A stretch of 64,000 nt of DNA from Epiperipatus broadwayi (taxonomy: Eukaryota; Animalia; Onychophora): contig JAQFVV010000003.1 of assembly GCA_028023455.1 (NCBI GenBank), positions 9,362,001 through 9,426,000 on the forward strand, read 5' to 3'. The translations under genes were made by a program, and so were the position numbers. Shown one piece after another: positions 1 to 13,363 of the stretch. The notes under the pieces are model-generated. The model saw only the letters and a program-made list of their open reading frames with translations. It was not told the origin of the DNA and did no database searches. Every line of letters begins with the position of its first letter. The stretch's first letter is position 1.

Positions 1-722
1 GATTTAAATTTTTTTAAATCTATGGTAATTTAGATTTTAATTTCAGTGAGGGACTCAAAAGATAAAAGTTAAGTGGTTGATTCTCAAGTAAGAAAATTTT
101 AAAAAAGTATGGAGTCACTGTGTGCATTTACTGTTTTGCTGCTAGAACATCACTTAAATAACTCATTTCTTGAAAAATAGCTTTTTGTCCCCTCATTCTT
201 GTGATAAAAAAATTTTGAAATTTTTGAAAGAAATTATTTTTGACCGGGTCATATTGGCTATCAACTGGGCAATGAATATTATAAAACGTGGTTGTAGAGG
301 CACTGTAAGCATTGATGTTTTGTTAAGATTTAAAGTTCCATCCATAAAAACAGCTACAGAAAATTTTAAAGATGGAGATGAAATAATAGGAAAAAATCAT
401 AAGCTATTCAGATTAATGGGTTTTAAAAAAAATGTTCCAATAAAATCCTTTAATCTAAATATACAGATTTTTTCTCCTATTATTCTGCTCCTCATTTTTA
501 TATATTTTAAAATAACTATTTTCTATTGGTGGAAATTTCAATCTTGTTACACATCAATGCTTATAGTATCTCTACAATTTGATTTTTATAATATTTATTA
601 CTCATTTTATATCCAGTTTGACCCAGTCAAAATATCACTATGTTAGGACTATAAATCATACATGTATGAATCTATATAATGTCATATATATTTATAATCT
701 GTGGAAAATCTTCATTTTAATA

Positions 723-856
723 TATATATATTAACATCCCAAATTTGATTTAATATATATATATATATGATGAAACATCATTTGACAAATATATATATTA
801 ACATCCCAAATTTGATTTAATATATATATATATATGATGAAACATCATTTGACAAA
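723..856. repeat. 67-bp tandem duplication (2 copies) around (TA)n tracts
   Basis: ttaacatcccaaatttgatttaa(ta)n-tgatgaaacatcatttgacaaa starts at 731 and again at 798. Confidence 0.9.
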
Positions 857-1450
857 CAGTACTGCAAGGTTTCTCCCAGAATTCTAATTTTAACTTGATC
901 AGCTCCATTATCTAAGAAACAATCCCTGTTATTCACAATCTGATAGTTCTGACCAAATCTTATTTGTCTATTTTTTCGTTATTTAGTCAGTCTAAATAAC
1001 AAAATAAGGTTTCCTCTAATTAGTTGTTTAATGATACATATTTGTTTAATATGTCTGCAAAGTTTTTTTTATAGCAAGATGATCTTTTAAACTGAAAATT
1101 AAATGATTATTGCTACCTTATGTGATTGGACTGGACATGAAAACTTATGGTTACTTGGACAGTGTTTGAGTTTCAGAATATTTTAAGGAATAATTATTCT
1201 ATATATTGGATAATAAAGATTATTGATCTATATAAGGTTTATTTATAATTATTAGATTGAGATATGGCAGAAGTTGATATCTAGCTGATAAAATCATTCT
1301 TATGGTAATATGAATCATTACTCTAATAGAACTTCAAATAATTATTTATGCATTTAACATTGTTTGTTCCACGTATTTGTTTAGCGATGCTTTGTCATTA
1401 TGCAACAATTCTTTCAGTCCTCAAAAGTATTATAAGGATATCAAAATTTA

Positions 1451-1671
1451 TATTACTTATAATACTTCATTCATATACACTTTAATGCAAGTAATTTTCT
1501 TAAACTTCTTTATTTTCTTACAGTTTTGACTGTCCAGCAGTCTTCATCAGAGCTCTATCTTCCTTACAGTTCTGATAAAGACTGCTGGACAGTCAAAACT
1601 GTAAGAAAATAAAGAAGTTTAAAAAAATTACTTGCATTAAAGTGTATATGAATGAAGTATTATAAATAATA
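1451..1671. mobile_element. Head-to-head palindrome of a PLE pseudo-LTR end with decayed hammerhead (101-bp arms, 19-nt spacer)
   Basis: 1451-1551 is the near-perfect reverse complement of 1571-1671; each arm reads outward CTGAT(G/A)A-A-GACTG-ctgga-CAGTC-AAAAC-TGTA (hammerhead core and stem II, with GAAA changed to AAAA). Confidence 0.7.
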
Positions 1672-3662
1672 TATATGATTATATGAAGATATGCAAAGAA
1701 AGTGAAGGAGAAGAATAAGAGAGTATACATCTGATATCAAAATTTGTAAGTAGCAGTGAACCATATTTTAATATGTGTTTTGATACCCATTTTTGGAGAT
1801 ATTATATATAAGTATTGTATATATACATTGAAAATATGTATAACACATATATATAGGATGAACTAAAAAATTAAAATATATAAAATTAAAAAAAATTCAT
1901 CAATTTTTAATTTTTTATTTAATATATTTCTTTTAATCTTGGATAACTAAAACAGCAGGTTTGGATATTGTGGATATAGGTGGATTATTGTATATTATAT
2001 TTTATGTGTTTATTTAACTATCCATAATATATTTGTTCATAAAATAAATGCTTCAAAATTCTACTAGATAAAGTGGTTAAGCTTATTTCAACTATTTTAA
2101 TTTTTTTTGTACTTTATCAATCTGCATGCAAGATTAATTCATTTTGTGCTTAGAAATCATGCAAACTAATTATGGATCCATATATAAAGTGATTGCCATA
2201 GAAATTATCTCAAATAGAAGAAGGATGCCAAGAAATTATAATTCACTTGTTACATAAAACAATTAATTCACAAACCAATATATTAGTTAAAATTTTATGT
2301 CCATTTTTTCAGTTTTTAATCAGGCTTAGAATTTTGTTTTTCAGATAGATGGACCATAGTTAAACTAACTAACCATTGTACATTGGTCAGTAAATGGATG
2401 CTGTAGTAATTTTTAATTTGAGAGTAACACAAAATCTCTCAAATTCTCACCATCTGAAATTAGAAAATATTTTTCATAGTGACTTCTTTGCAATTACTCT
2501 ATAAGACGCTATTGAATTGATTTTTGTTTTATATTGAGTTGTTTTTATGTTTTTATCTTACACTAGTTATATAGGCAAAAAGACAGAATCATATTACAAT
2601 TAGTACTTTGTCTAACCACATTATGTATAGTATTGTGTGGTCTCATAATTTTAAATAAAGATCCTAATGGTCATCTATGTGTTTACCAATTAATGTTTGT
2701 TTGGTTCATTAATTCTGTGTAAATGTAGGATATTTTAAAAAAATATGCTTGTAGTCATAGTCAATAGAATATCATAATGTTCAATGATTGACTGATATGG
2801 AGATCAAATTAAAAACATGCATTATGTGCAATGTGAGATATGGATGATGATGACTATAAATGACCAGATATGATAACTCTATAAAAACACTTAATAAGCG
2901 AGTCTTCTGTTGCTCATAAATAATCTATGAATCAATCTTGATTAAATCATTGTGGATGTGGACTTGTATGACTAAAGCCAAATCATTTTCAAATTCTGAC
3001 TCAAAAATTTCTGATGACTACACAAAATTATAAATAATCTCATATCATTATGTCATAACTACCAAATATATTTTTGTGACATTTTGAGATTGGCAATGCT
3101 GTCAGGTTTTGTTAATACTTGATTTTCTTATTTGATATAATATTTCTCCAGTAGCATGTGATTGCTTCATAATAAACATGCCAACCTATACAAGTTTCTG
3201 TATATGCAATCTCCACATGATGACTACTTTTATATTTTTCAATCATAATTATAACTAATTATTTTTACTTCCTTATATGTACAGACTGATTCAAATGGAT
3301 TTAGGATTCTGAAATGTCACTATTGCTAATACTATAAGCAACAATATTTTTTAGTTATTTTATCTGTAATACTTTCTATTCTATTATACTGTTCTGTTTA
3401 ATATGAATCATATCTTATCAAATGTAATCTTAGAAATGAACTTGCTTCTATGTATTTGGTAGATAACATGCAATTCATTGTTAATTTTGTGGTTTGTATA
3501 TAGCCACTGTAGTATAGATATTGTTTGTCTTTTTCATCCAATTATAGGCATTGCTAGTTGATTCTAGGTAGTATTCAAGAGATAGTAAAGTGAGAACTAG
3601 TTTATCAAGTAATATATTAATTGAATGTTGAATAATATATTTTAGTAAAGAGTAAAATGTTT

Positions 3663-4038
3663 CAAAGCGCATGTGCAACAGTTTAATGCAGTTTAAATAT
3701 TATTGTTTTTAAAAAACATCACACTATATAAAATAATTGACTTATTTACATACATTTAATTTCAAATAAGAATGATGTATCGTAAATTCTAATAAATTTC
3801 ACCAGCGTCATTCATTCAAGCATGTAAAAGTAATTTAAAGTGATTATTTAATAACTTCACGCTTTCACTTTCAAACACTTAAGATTCGCCCATACAAAAG
3901 CGTTTGGGTTCAAAAAGATAGATGGCCATTCTATCTTTTCCAAAGACTTTATCATGTGGTTGAAATGTTAGTATTCATTCATTTTATATTTAAAATCCAA
4001 AGCGCATGTGCAACAGTTTAATGCTGTTTAAATATTAT
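3663..4038 (+). repeat. 41-bp direct repeat 335 bp apart; possible PLE-type unit with duplicated tail
   Basis: caaagcgcatgtgcaacagtttaatgc(a/t)gtttaaatattat at 3663-3703 and 3998-4038; the interior contains gtggttGAAATGTTAG, the same motif that ends hammerhead remnants elsewhere in the window. Confidence 0.55.
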
Positions 4039-4415
4039 AGTTCTAGAATCATAAAATTAATATATTTAAACAAAAAAAAATAAATCCAATTAATTATTCA
4101 TAAGAATTCAGGAGATCACAATTAAACATATTGCCCAGATCATGATTAAGTAAAATAAAGTTGTTTAATGGTTTTTTGCAAAATTAAAAAAAACAAACTG
4201 AAATTCTTATATAATAATTCATGCAATAGTTCTTTGAGAAGTTCACCTGATGATATTTTGAATGCAGTTTTTGCTTACTCTAGCAGAAATTCCAAAAAGT
4301 CTTTTTTTTTGTTGGCTGATTAACTGATGATTAAAGTATGAAAACGAAGCATCCATCACAATCTTAAGGCTTTCAATTGCAAAAATAAAAAACTTTATTT
4401 TCCACATATATTAAG

Positions 4416-4517
4416 AGAATATGATCTGACTTCATTAATGGAATCTTACAGAATATGATCTATCTTCATGAATGGAATTTTCCAGAATATGGTCTGACTT
4501 CATGGCTGGAATCTGCT
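4416..4517. repeat. 34-bp minisatellite, 3 copies
   Basis: agaatatgatctgacttcattaatggaatcttac-like units start at 4416, 4450 and 4484. Confidence 0.85.
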
Positions 4518-5797
4518 ACAATTATGCATAAAATAGCAAATTTTTATTCACTATTATGTGGAAATGGTAAAATTATTGATGGAATATCCTCTATTGATAT
4601 CAGCATGACCCTTATTTCTATACTAATTTAAAATAATAAAATGCAATATGGTTGATAATGTGGAGTAACATTTTTCCTTTGATGCTGACTTTGATACATT
4701 TTGAATATATTTGAATACTAATATGCCTCATTTTATTTTATCATTTAATTGTTTTTACACAGTTTGATCTTACAGTCTACAATAAAACTATGATATTAAT
4801 TTTATCATATCTTCTGATAATATTTTTTATATCTTTGCTCATCGTTAATTATTTAATCTGCTCCATTGTTTATATTTTAGTATACATGTGTAATATTACA
4901 ATTACAATCTATATTAGATGTTTTTTTCTCTTCTCATATGTTGCCTTGAACCAGTAGATAATATATTATTATTAGTAGTTGTTTCATTATCACTATTTTT
5001 TTAAAGAAAAGTCTTAAATTGTAGCTTGTTTAGCTTGTGTTTAAATTAAGTTTTGCTTTTATTTCCATTTATTCTTACTAGATCTCTAAAAAAGTTTGCC
5101 CCCCCCCCCATTCTCTTCCTAAACATTGCTAAAAACTATTCAGGCTTACAGCTTTTTTTCACGATTGAAAGTTTAATTTATTTATTTGTATTTATCATAT
5201 GATTGCTTAATGTGATGGGATTAGGTGATGTTCCAGCACCAAAACTGAATTTTGAGCACTATGATTCTGCTCCATTGACTATGATATATTTATCTCCTTA
5301 TTCATCCAGTTTTTACAGTTAGGAATTGACCCAAAAACGTTAATTATTATTATCATGTAGAAAATATGATGATTATTGTGGCTTTCTTCTTTTCTTTTGT
5401 AAATCTAGTAAAAATCAAACTTATATAAACATACATGGCTTATTAACATTTATAATATAAGTCTAGATAGGTATTAAACTGATGACAAGTTATGATTAAG
5501 TGTTATCACATGGTCATTATTATTTTTGGCCTAGCTATTTTAGCCTGCCTTTTAGGAGATGATTTAGTACACACACATATATATGTAATTTAGCATTGCA
5601 AGTTTATGTGACTAACAGTTTATACAGTGAATTTAATAGTTTGTGAAGTGAATCATCATAGTAAACTTTCAGAATAAATAACATGCAATTAAGAAAATTA
5701 TAATACCTCTGCTGGACCAAGTTTCCATTTACAACAGCTATGAAAGGTCATAGCATAAAATAATATATATTATAATAAAGATTTTTATAATTGTATT

Positions 5798-6783
5798 ATG
5801 AAATTAAAATCTTTTTTGTGTTATACCATGAATTAATTTTTTAGTTAAATTGCTAATATTTTAATGAAATCACATTCATTCTTGTTAAAGCTAAGGCAGT
5901 AATAAAGAACTGCTTGTCTCAAGTAATAAGAAAATTATAATTGCATATTAAAGAATGTTCATTCATATATATATATTAGATGGTTGCTCATTTAGAATAA
6001 GAGGTAGATTAACAAAAAAATTTTATTTTATTTTTCATTTTACAATCAGTTGATTTATTAAAATTGATTTTAGAAAAAAAAAAGAGATAAAATAATTGGC
6101 TTCCATAAATTAGAATACACTATATTTTAATACACTTATTTAAACAGTTTGGCCTTATTTAAAAAGACTCTCTCATGATTATTAAATCATATCTTTCTAA
6201 AGTAGCTAATATTTTAATATTATCAAAGTTAGGAATATGACCAATTTCTAAAAATGTAATATAAAAGCTCATATAAACAACCTGTGACAGAAAGCATTAT
6301 TCTAATACCAATATGTCTATTTGATTTATTCACATAGCTTCTTAGGCACTGTAAACATAAAATTTCATAGACCTTTTGATATTCTAAAAGTACTTGGTTT
6401 TCAGATTTATAAAATAAATCAAGTCTTTTGCTAATGGAAAAGATAGTCTTTATGTTGAAACTAAATAATCTTCTACTAATCTTATCAGTGACTTCTTTAA
6501 TATAGGGTAAAACAATTTTATAATTATTTAAAGAATTCTGTTTCCTTACCTTTTTCCTTCTTGGTAACAATATTATGTAAAGCCTTATATATAACAGACA
6601 ATCATTTAATGTATATATAAATGAACATTCTTTAATTCTTATACAATCACAATCTCATTATTACTTGTATAGTTCTTTATTACAGCCTTAGCCTTGACAA
6701 GGATGAATGTGATTTCATTGAAATGTTAGCAGTTTTTACAAAAAACTAATACACGGTATAACCCAAAAAGATTTTAATTTCAT
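5798..6783 (-). mobile_element. 5'-truncated Penelope-like element (GIY-YIG remnant plus pLTR) with an inverted pLTR copy at its 5' end
   Basis: ORF 6229-6570(-) IVLPYIKEVTDKISRRL...VYEILCLQCLRSYVNKSNRHIGIR is PLE linker/GIY-YIG; 5798-5987 is the reverse complement of 6598-6783; hammerhead-like CTTGACAA-G-GATGAA/TTCATT-GAAA-TGTT at 6693-6727. Confidence 0.85.
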
Positions 6784-6987
6784 ATATATATATATTTATT
6801 AGTAAATATTCATAGTTAATTGTAATAAAGAAAGAATGCATACTCATTAATCTTTATGGTTCAGATTTAAAATATATTTAAAATGTAATGAACAGTTGCC
6901 CTTATCTTGTTTATGCTTCATCAAAAAAAATATTTTCTTCTGATATTCCAAAGATAAAAAAAATCAAGTTCTAATTAAAACATAGAT

Positions 6988-7390
6988 AGTATGACAGCTT
7001 AGACTGACCATTTTATGTTATTGTAATTATTAGTTGTTTTTAAAATGCACTTTAAATTTGATACTATGAAGGCTTGTATTTGTACATATATACATTCATA
7101 CTATTATAGCAAAAAATAACTTCTCATGTAGGGTGAGACCTTAGATTGTTCATTTTATATTATGTTCAAAATTGATTTTAAATTTGATATTTATATATAT
7201 AATTTGATAGTATTATATCAAAAATTAATTTCTTCTCATATTTTAAACATAAAAAATTATGATTCTATCTAAAAAGTGTGTAGTGTGAGAGCTTAGGTTG
7301 TTCATTGTATGTTATGGTAGCTGATAGTTATGTTCAGAATATGGTTTAAATTTGATACTACGGAAATGTGGTGTTCATATATTTATCATT
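6988..7390. repeat. Degenerate tandem repeat, ~3 copies, ~140-150 bp period
   Basis: recurring cttag(a/g)ttgttcatt(t/g)tat..tatg ... tttaaatttgata(c/t)t near 6995, 7140 and 7293. Confidence 0.5.
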
Positions 7391-9729
7391 TTTTAAATCA
7401 TTTAGTTAGAATTATTTTAACTCACTTGATTTTAGAAAATCAGTAAAGCTATGGAATTGTTGCATATTTTTGTGAAGATGTGACTTTTTAAATACTTTTC
7501 AATGAAGTATTGTTGGATTATTTCTTTGTTATGTAAGAAAATTAACTTTGTTCAGCATCTCTATTTTTGTGTTATCTATATTCCTGATCATTTACTTGCA
7601 CTCATATGATTATTTTGTTTCTTTTTCTTCTATTTCCATATTATGATTTATTTTAATTTAGTAGCTTACTATTATTTTAATTCAAAATTGAAAAATGTTT
7701 TTCAATAACTTATGCCAATATACAATTTTAGATTTGTGGAAAAATGCTTACTAGAAAAGATAAAAAGGAAGCAGAAAAAGTCTATGTTATGTAGAATTTG
7801 CTCTAAATAGAGCTTTTGTTTACAGAGCTAAAACTGATTCTTAAAGAAATTTTCATTTTACTTTATATTTGGCAGGAACTTTGATGTTGTAATGCTCATA
7901 TGATAACTATGGTAAATAAATTTTCAATAAGTTTATGTAGATAAGAACTTTCAGCAATATTTTACAAGATTATCAAAGATGAAGATATTTAAAACTGTCT
8001 AATAGGTTCTTATTTAAGAGGTAACTTTGCTAGCAGTTAAACAATATGATACAAAATATAGGCTGATTCACTAATGTAGTTAGGGATAATATTTTGATTT
8101 GCAGTCACTGAAGTTAAGGATCAAACAACAGTATTTTCATTTTGATTCAATACTGTAACTCTGAAACAGGAGTAGATATGGATAGATTTTGTTTAGTTTT
8201 ATCACAACATCAACACACTATTTCTTAAATTATTTTTTTTTTGTAGAGCTTCAATTTTTCATTAATAGTATTTTTTTATCTTGGTAATTTTCGGTGGAAT
8301 TTTTATGTGATATTTAATATTCTTTTTAAGTGGTCATTTATTTATGTAATCACTGTTAATATTAAGTTTTTAAAAAAGTTCATAGTTCACAATGTGACTC
8401 CGTTTTGGTCATTTCTTACCTCCACAGTTTTTAAAAAATATTTATGTAAATAAATGTCAAAAATTATTTTATTTCTATTACTATTATAATTTTTTTTTTG
8501 ATACATTTGAAATATATGTTGAAATAAAAATTCTAATACTTTTTATTTTTTAATATGTCACATTTCTCTCTGTTGTCATTTATTAGAAAGAATTCAATAC
8601 AATTTTAATTCATAAAATGTAGTTTTAATTCACATACCATTCTTTTCTTTGAGCTATTACTTAACAGTTTTATGAGTAAATAAGCAATTATTTGATCTAG
8701 CGCCGTGTTTACAATTATATTACATTCAAATATCAGCCTTTCAAGCTAATTGAGCACGCACCTTTTGAGAGTGTTAAATAAATGAATACTTTTCTCTTCA
8801 ATCCAAGATATAGTATTTTTGCAGGAACAAAAAAAAATCCTCTTATTCCCACGACGCAAATTCTTTTATATGAGCAACTCTGAAGAACTGTTGAGGAGAG
8901 CGTGAGTAGAATTCTCACTTTAAATTACTATTTACGATGTTTTTTGGCTGAATGACGTCGGTGTAATTTTTGCTAATGTCTTTATTCTTCTTTTAATATT
9001 TATGTCTTTCTATTTTATCTTGATACTTATTTTTTTTTTTTGCTGATAATTATTCTTAACTTCTTTTACTTCTGTTCACGTTGTCTTTTTCATTTCTCTT
9101 TAAAACAAAATCTATATTATAAAGAGGTTTTTCCATACAGCTGATTTTTCTATACAACTTCATAAATATTTAAATATCAACAATCTCATGGAGGAGTATT
9201 TCACATAACATTTTCCCCACATCTTTTTTTACTTTTATTCTATTTTCTATTCTAGTCCCCCCCCCCCTTTATTTTTTAATCACACTAAATTAAAATAAAA
9301 GTAACCAAATAATTCATTGCTATGTAAAAATATTTCCAAAACTACTTGACAAATGTCAAGAGAGAGATATTTGAGGTCCATAAATATCTGTTTTCATCTG
9401 GTCAGTGAGTGTCATTATTTGTCTTCTTTCATAATTCTTTTACACTTAAGCTTCTGCTTAATTCAAAAATTTCCCTTACTTTTTGCTTTTGTAATAAGTT
9501 TTTTTTTTACTTATATCTCCATTAACATGTTTTTTTTTAATTTTCTTAATGGAAATATTATTTTATATGCAACATTTTAACAAATGAATTCTAATTTTTA
9601 TTTATCTATGTACACATTTAAAATTATTTTTAAATATTTCTATCCTCTTTCTAATTGTAGATAATTTGTTTCTAAGACTTCAAATAATTTGTATTTTAAT
9701 GATGGTATAAATATTAACTTTTCTGCATA

Positions 9730-10150
9730 AAGAAGGGTTGAGATTATTAGGATATTGAATATTATTACCAAGTGGCAATATTTGATCATGAAAAAATGTG
9801 GGTGATTTAATCTGCAAGTTGTGTAAGGAAGGCATAGAAAATATTAGGCATCTGTTAATTGAATGTAAATGCTTCCAAGCAGAAAGGATATAAATAATGA
9901 AATTGTGGCAGAATAAATATAAACAAAATGATTATACAGAAAGTGGATTTTTGATTTTTATGCTTGGTTTGAAAAAAGATAAAGGGGATTTGGAGTTGAC
10001 AAAGATTATGTTATGGAAATGGAAATGAGCAGGATAGAAAAGAATATGGAAAAAACTTAGGGTGGGGAATGGAAAGGTAAAGTGGCTAACAGGTTTCTCT
10101 GGCACAGTGGCTGTCCAAATAAGAAGTCACAGCGCATCACATTACATTGC
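9730..10150 (+). mobile_element. Degenerate LINE 3' end (ORF2 C-terminal zinc knuckle plus 3' UTR)
   Basis: 9810-9890 translates ICKLCKEGIENIRHLLIECKCFQAER, a C-x2-C-x8-H-x4-C motif typical of LINE ORF2 C-termini. Confidence 0.6.
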
Positions 10151-10886
10151 AATTTGATATTGCTTGTCATTTCTTACCATATTCTCACATGTCAGTTTAA
10201 AGCTATGTCCTAAACTTTAATGAGCTTTTTACATCAATATCTTTTTGTTTTGTTTTCCTATAACTGACATTAAACACACACACACATTTCATGAAATATA
10301 ACAATACTACCACATGACTTTCCCAATTATGCATTTGTTTTTAAAAGCAGTTAGATTCACTCTATCCTAGAATCATAAAATATACATTATTTTAAAATTA
10401 AAACTTTGTGTTAAAAACACACATAAAAAAACCTAATACTTTATTTCTCTGTTTTACAATTTTTTAATTTATATTTAATCTATCAAAGCCAGGCTCCTTC
10501 GTCTTAGAAAAAAATTTGACTTTTACTTTTTAGTAAATAAAAATAATTTGTCACTCTTATCTTATTAGTTATTAACCAATTTAATTATAATTTAAGATTT
10601 AAAAAATGTAAAATATCACAACTATTATAATAATACAACTTCTTCTGCATTAAGTTTATTTTTAGTAAGTCAATTTTTTAACTTAGTAAATAATAAAACA
10701 TTGAATAAATATTTAAAAAATAATGAAATTCTGTGTAATGCTTACTACCATAAAATTTCACTGAGGTATCACAAATGAAAAAAATATAGCATTTCAATCT
10801 ATACTTTACAAAATATCCTCAGAGGCAAATAAAATGACTATATAAATGAAAACGATGTTATTTCAATATTTTTGCTTTTGAAATTT

Positions 10887-11506
10887 TGTTGTATTCGTTC
10901 TTGAGAAATAAATAGCGAGTTTACAAGAGACAATTTACTCCAGAAGTTTTCGCTTATTAATTCAAAATAAAAATAACTAATTAAAGTTAAATAATTATAA
11001 TTGAAAACAAGCTGTGGGGATTTATTTTAATAAAAATAACTAATGAAAGTTAAATAATTATAATGGAAATAATTATACTTAAAAACAAGCTGTGGGGATT
11101 TATTTTTAATTGAAATACAAATAACTAATTAAAGTTCAATAATTATAATGGAAATAATTATAATTGAAAACAAGCTAATTAAAGTTAAGAACAATCAAAT
11201 CAGAATGGGAAAACATGCGATTAAGATTTCGGAGAGATGTAGCAGATAAGACTTAAACAAAAGAACTCAGGGAGATATAAAAACTGCGAGAGGAAAACAT
11301 CGCGCACTTGTTACAGTTTAGTTTAACAGAAAAAGTTGGATACGTATCAAGCTGTTAGAGCTATTTGCGTCACAACTGTTTTTAAGAATTAGTGTTTAGC
11401 CGAGTTCCATATATTTATCTATATTTCTTGTCCTCGTTTGTGTTTATATATCGGATTGTATATTCTTTTCTACCCCTCTGAAAAACTTAGGGGCGAAGAC
11501 ATTACA
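10887..11506 (+). mobile_element. Solo LTR (~620 bp)
   Basis: Starts TGT (10887) and ends ACA (11506); 5-bp TSD aattt at 10882-10886 and 11507-11511; TATA-like gatataaaaa near 11275; internal tandem repeats 10965-11190; retains more CpG than its flanks. Confidence 0.8.
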
Positions 11507-11747
11507 AATTTATTAATAATTATTTATCACAAAACATTTCTAAAATTTATTTTTAATCAGATCTGAAATTAAATTTTTTGTTTAATTTTTTTTTAATAAT
11601 ATATACAGAAATATATAATTTATAATGAAGAATTGATTCCTGAGGTGACTAGTCCCAATCTATTCTGAAGGTATTTATTGTGTTGTAGTATTTTTCTAAT
11701 CAAAAACATGCAGATGTATTTATTCACGCACATATATATATATATAT

Positions 11748-13324
11748 TAATTCTAATATTCTCACAGATAAATGATAAATTTATAGTAATTTCTGGGAGC
11801 TTCTGTGTAATAGAAATATAATAGCTAACTAACTGACATTTCAGTACAATAATAAGTCCTTTCTTCAGAACTTCTTCTTTCTCAAATCATAAGAATGTGT
11901 GTGGTAAGATTTAAAATCTTTATTTTTTTTTTTTTGTTATTTTCTTTTCATTCTCAAATTTTATTGATTGAGAAGTTTTAAAAAATATTTTATCCTCCAA
12001 TAGATTTTTCCATATATTGTTAATTTTCTTTAATTCACACTTTTCATTTATACTCAAAATCTCTATAGCTTCTCTTAGCAGTCTCTAGTCATATTGTTCA
12101 ATTTTTGCTATTTTATTAAAATTGATGTCATGGTTAATTAATTTAATGTGTGACTAAATGGCTGATGAATTAGATTTTTCTCTAACTGTCAAAATGCGTT
12201 CTTTTTTCTTATATTATTTTATGATTGGTCTGTTCACTGTATGAATGTAAACAAATTTCACATGGAATTTTATATACACCATGACATCCCAAAGGAATTT
12301 TCTTTTTAGGACATGGAAATACTTCATTAATTTTTTTAAATGTAGTACAAATTGTGTGGATATTATTTTTCTTTAAAACATTACCAATTTGATCAGTTAC
12401 TCCTCTTATATATGACAGAACAGTTTTAATTTCTGAAGTATCAACATCTTTTTTCTTATTATAGAAAAAAACCATATTAATAATCCTAAGATCAAAATCA
12501 TTATGGAGAAGCATATATTTAGTAACATAGATATCTTTTCTAAAATGGCTGTCATCAGAAAGTCTCTTAGTTCTATCTAATAATGTCATTACCACTGAAA
12601 ATAATTGTGCTGGATAGTGATGAGAAGAAAAATGTAGATATCTCCCAGTGTGTGTTTGCTTTCTGTATATACCATGGGATAAAGAAACATCCTTCTTTGT
12701 TTCAATTAAAACATCTAAGAATGGACGTTGGTTATTATTTTCTACTTCCATAGTAAATTTGATGTTGTGAAAAGAATTTAAAAAAAAAATTTGTCCAGAG
12801 CATGCTTACCATGAGGTCAAATAACAAATCTATCATCAATATACCTCAGCCATACAGATGGTTTTTTTAACAGCTGATATCAAAAAAAAATTTTTTCCAA
12901 GTTCTCCATAAAATAGAAGCCACTGATGGAGAAATTGGTGAATCCATAGCTAAACCTGATGTTTATTTATGCATCTTACCAACAAAAACAAAAAATGTAT
13001 TTAATAAGCAGTGTTCAATCAAACTCACAACAAAATCAGGCAATTGAATATTTTTCAAAACTTCATTACTTCCTTTACAGATACACTAATAAAAAGGAAA
13101 CAATATTAAAACTTAACAAAATATCATTTTTAGTTAATTTAATATGGATAAACTCAAGAAAAATTATTTGCATCCTTAATATAAGATGACATTTCTGTTT
13201 AATGTGGCTATAGAAAAGAAGATAGAAAATGAGTCAATGTTTGTATTGATAAAACCAACTGAACTTATAATTGGTATTAATGGAATATCTGGTTTGTGAA
13301 TTTTTAGCAAACTATATAACTTTG
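11748..13324 (-). mobile_element. Penelope-like element, left (inverted) arm of a 3.1-kb palindrome; degenerate RT, GIY-YIG and pLTR
   Basis: ORF 12209-12751(-) PFLDVLI..YRKQTHTGRYLHFSSHH..HGVYKIPCEICLHSY; reverse complement of 13364-14888; hammerhead motif on - strand 11833-11868. Confidence 0.93.
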
Positions 13325-13363
13325 GATCTTACTTTCTTACACCTAGAGAAAAATCTTTTTATT

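Noticed and set aside
170-646. 158-aa ORF as a host gene
   Set aside because: No recognisable motif, and the C-terminal half is low-complexity AT-rich translation; it cannot be called without a search
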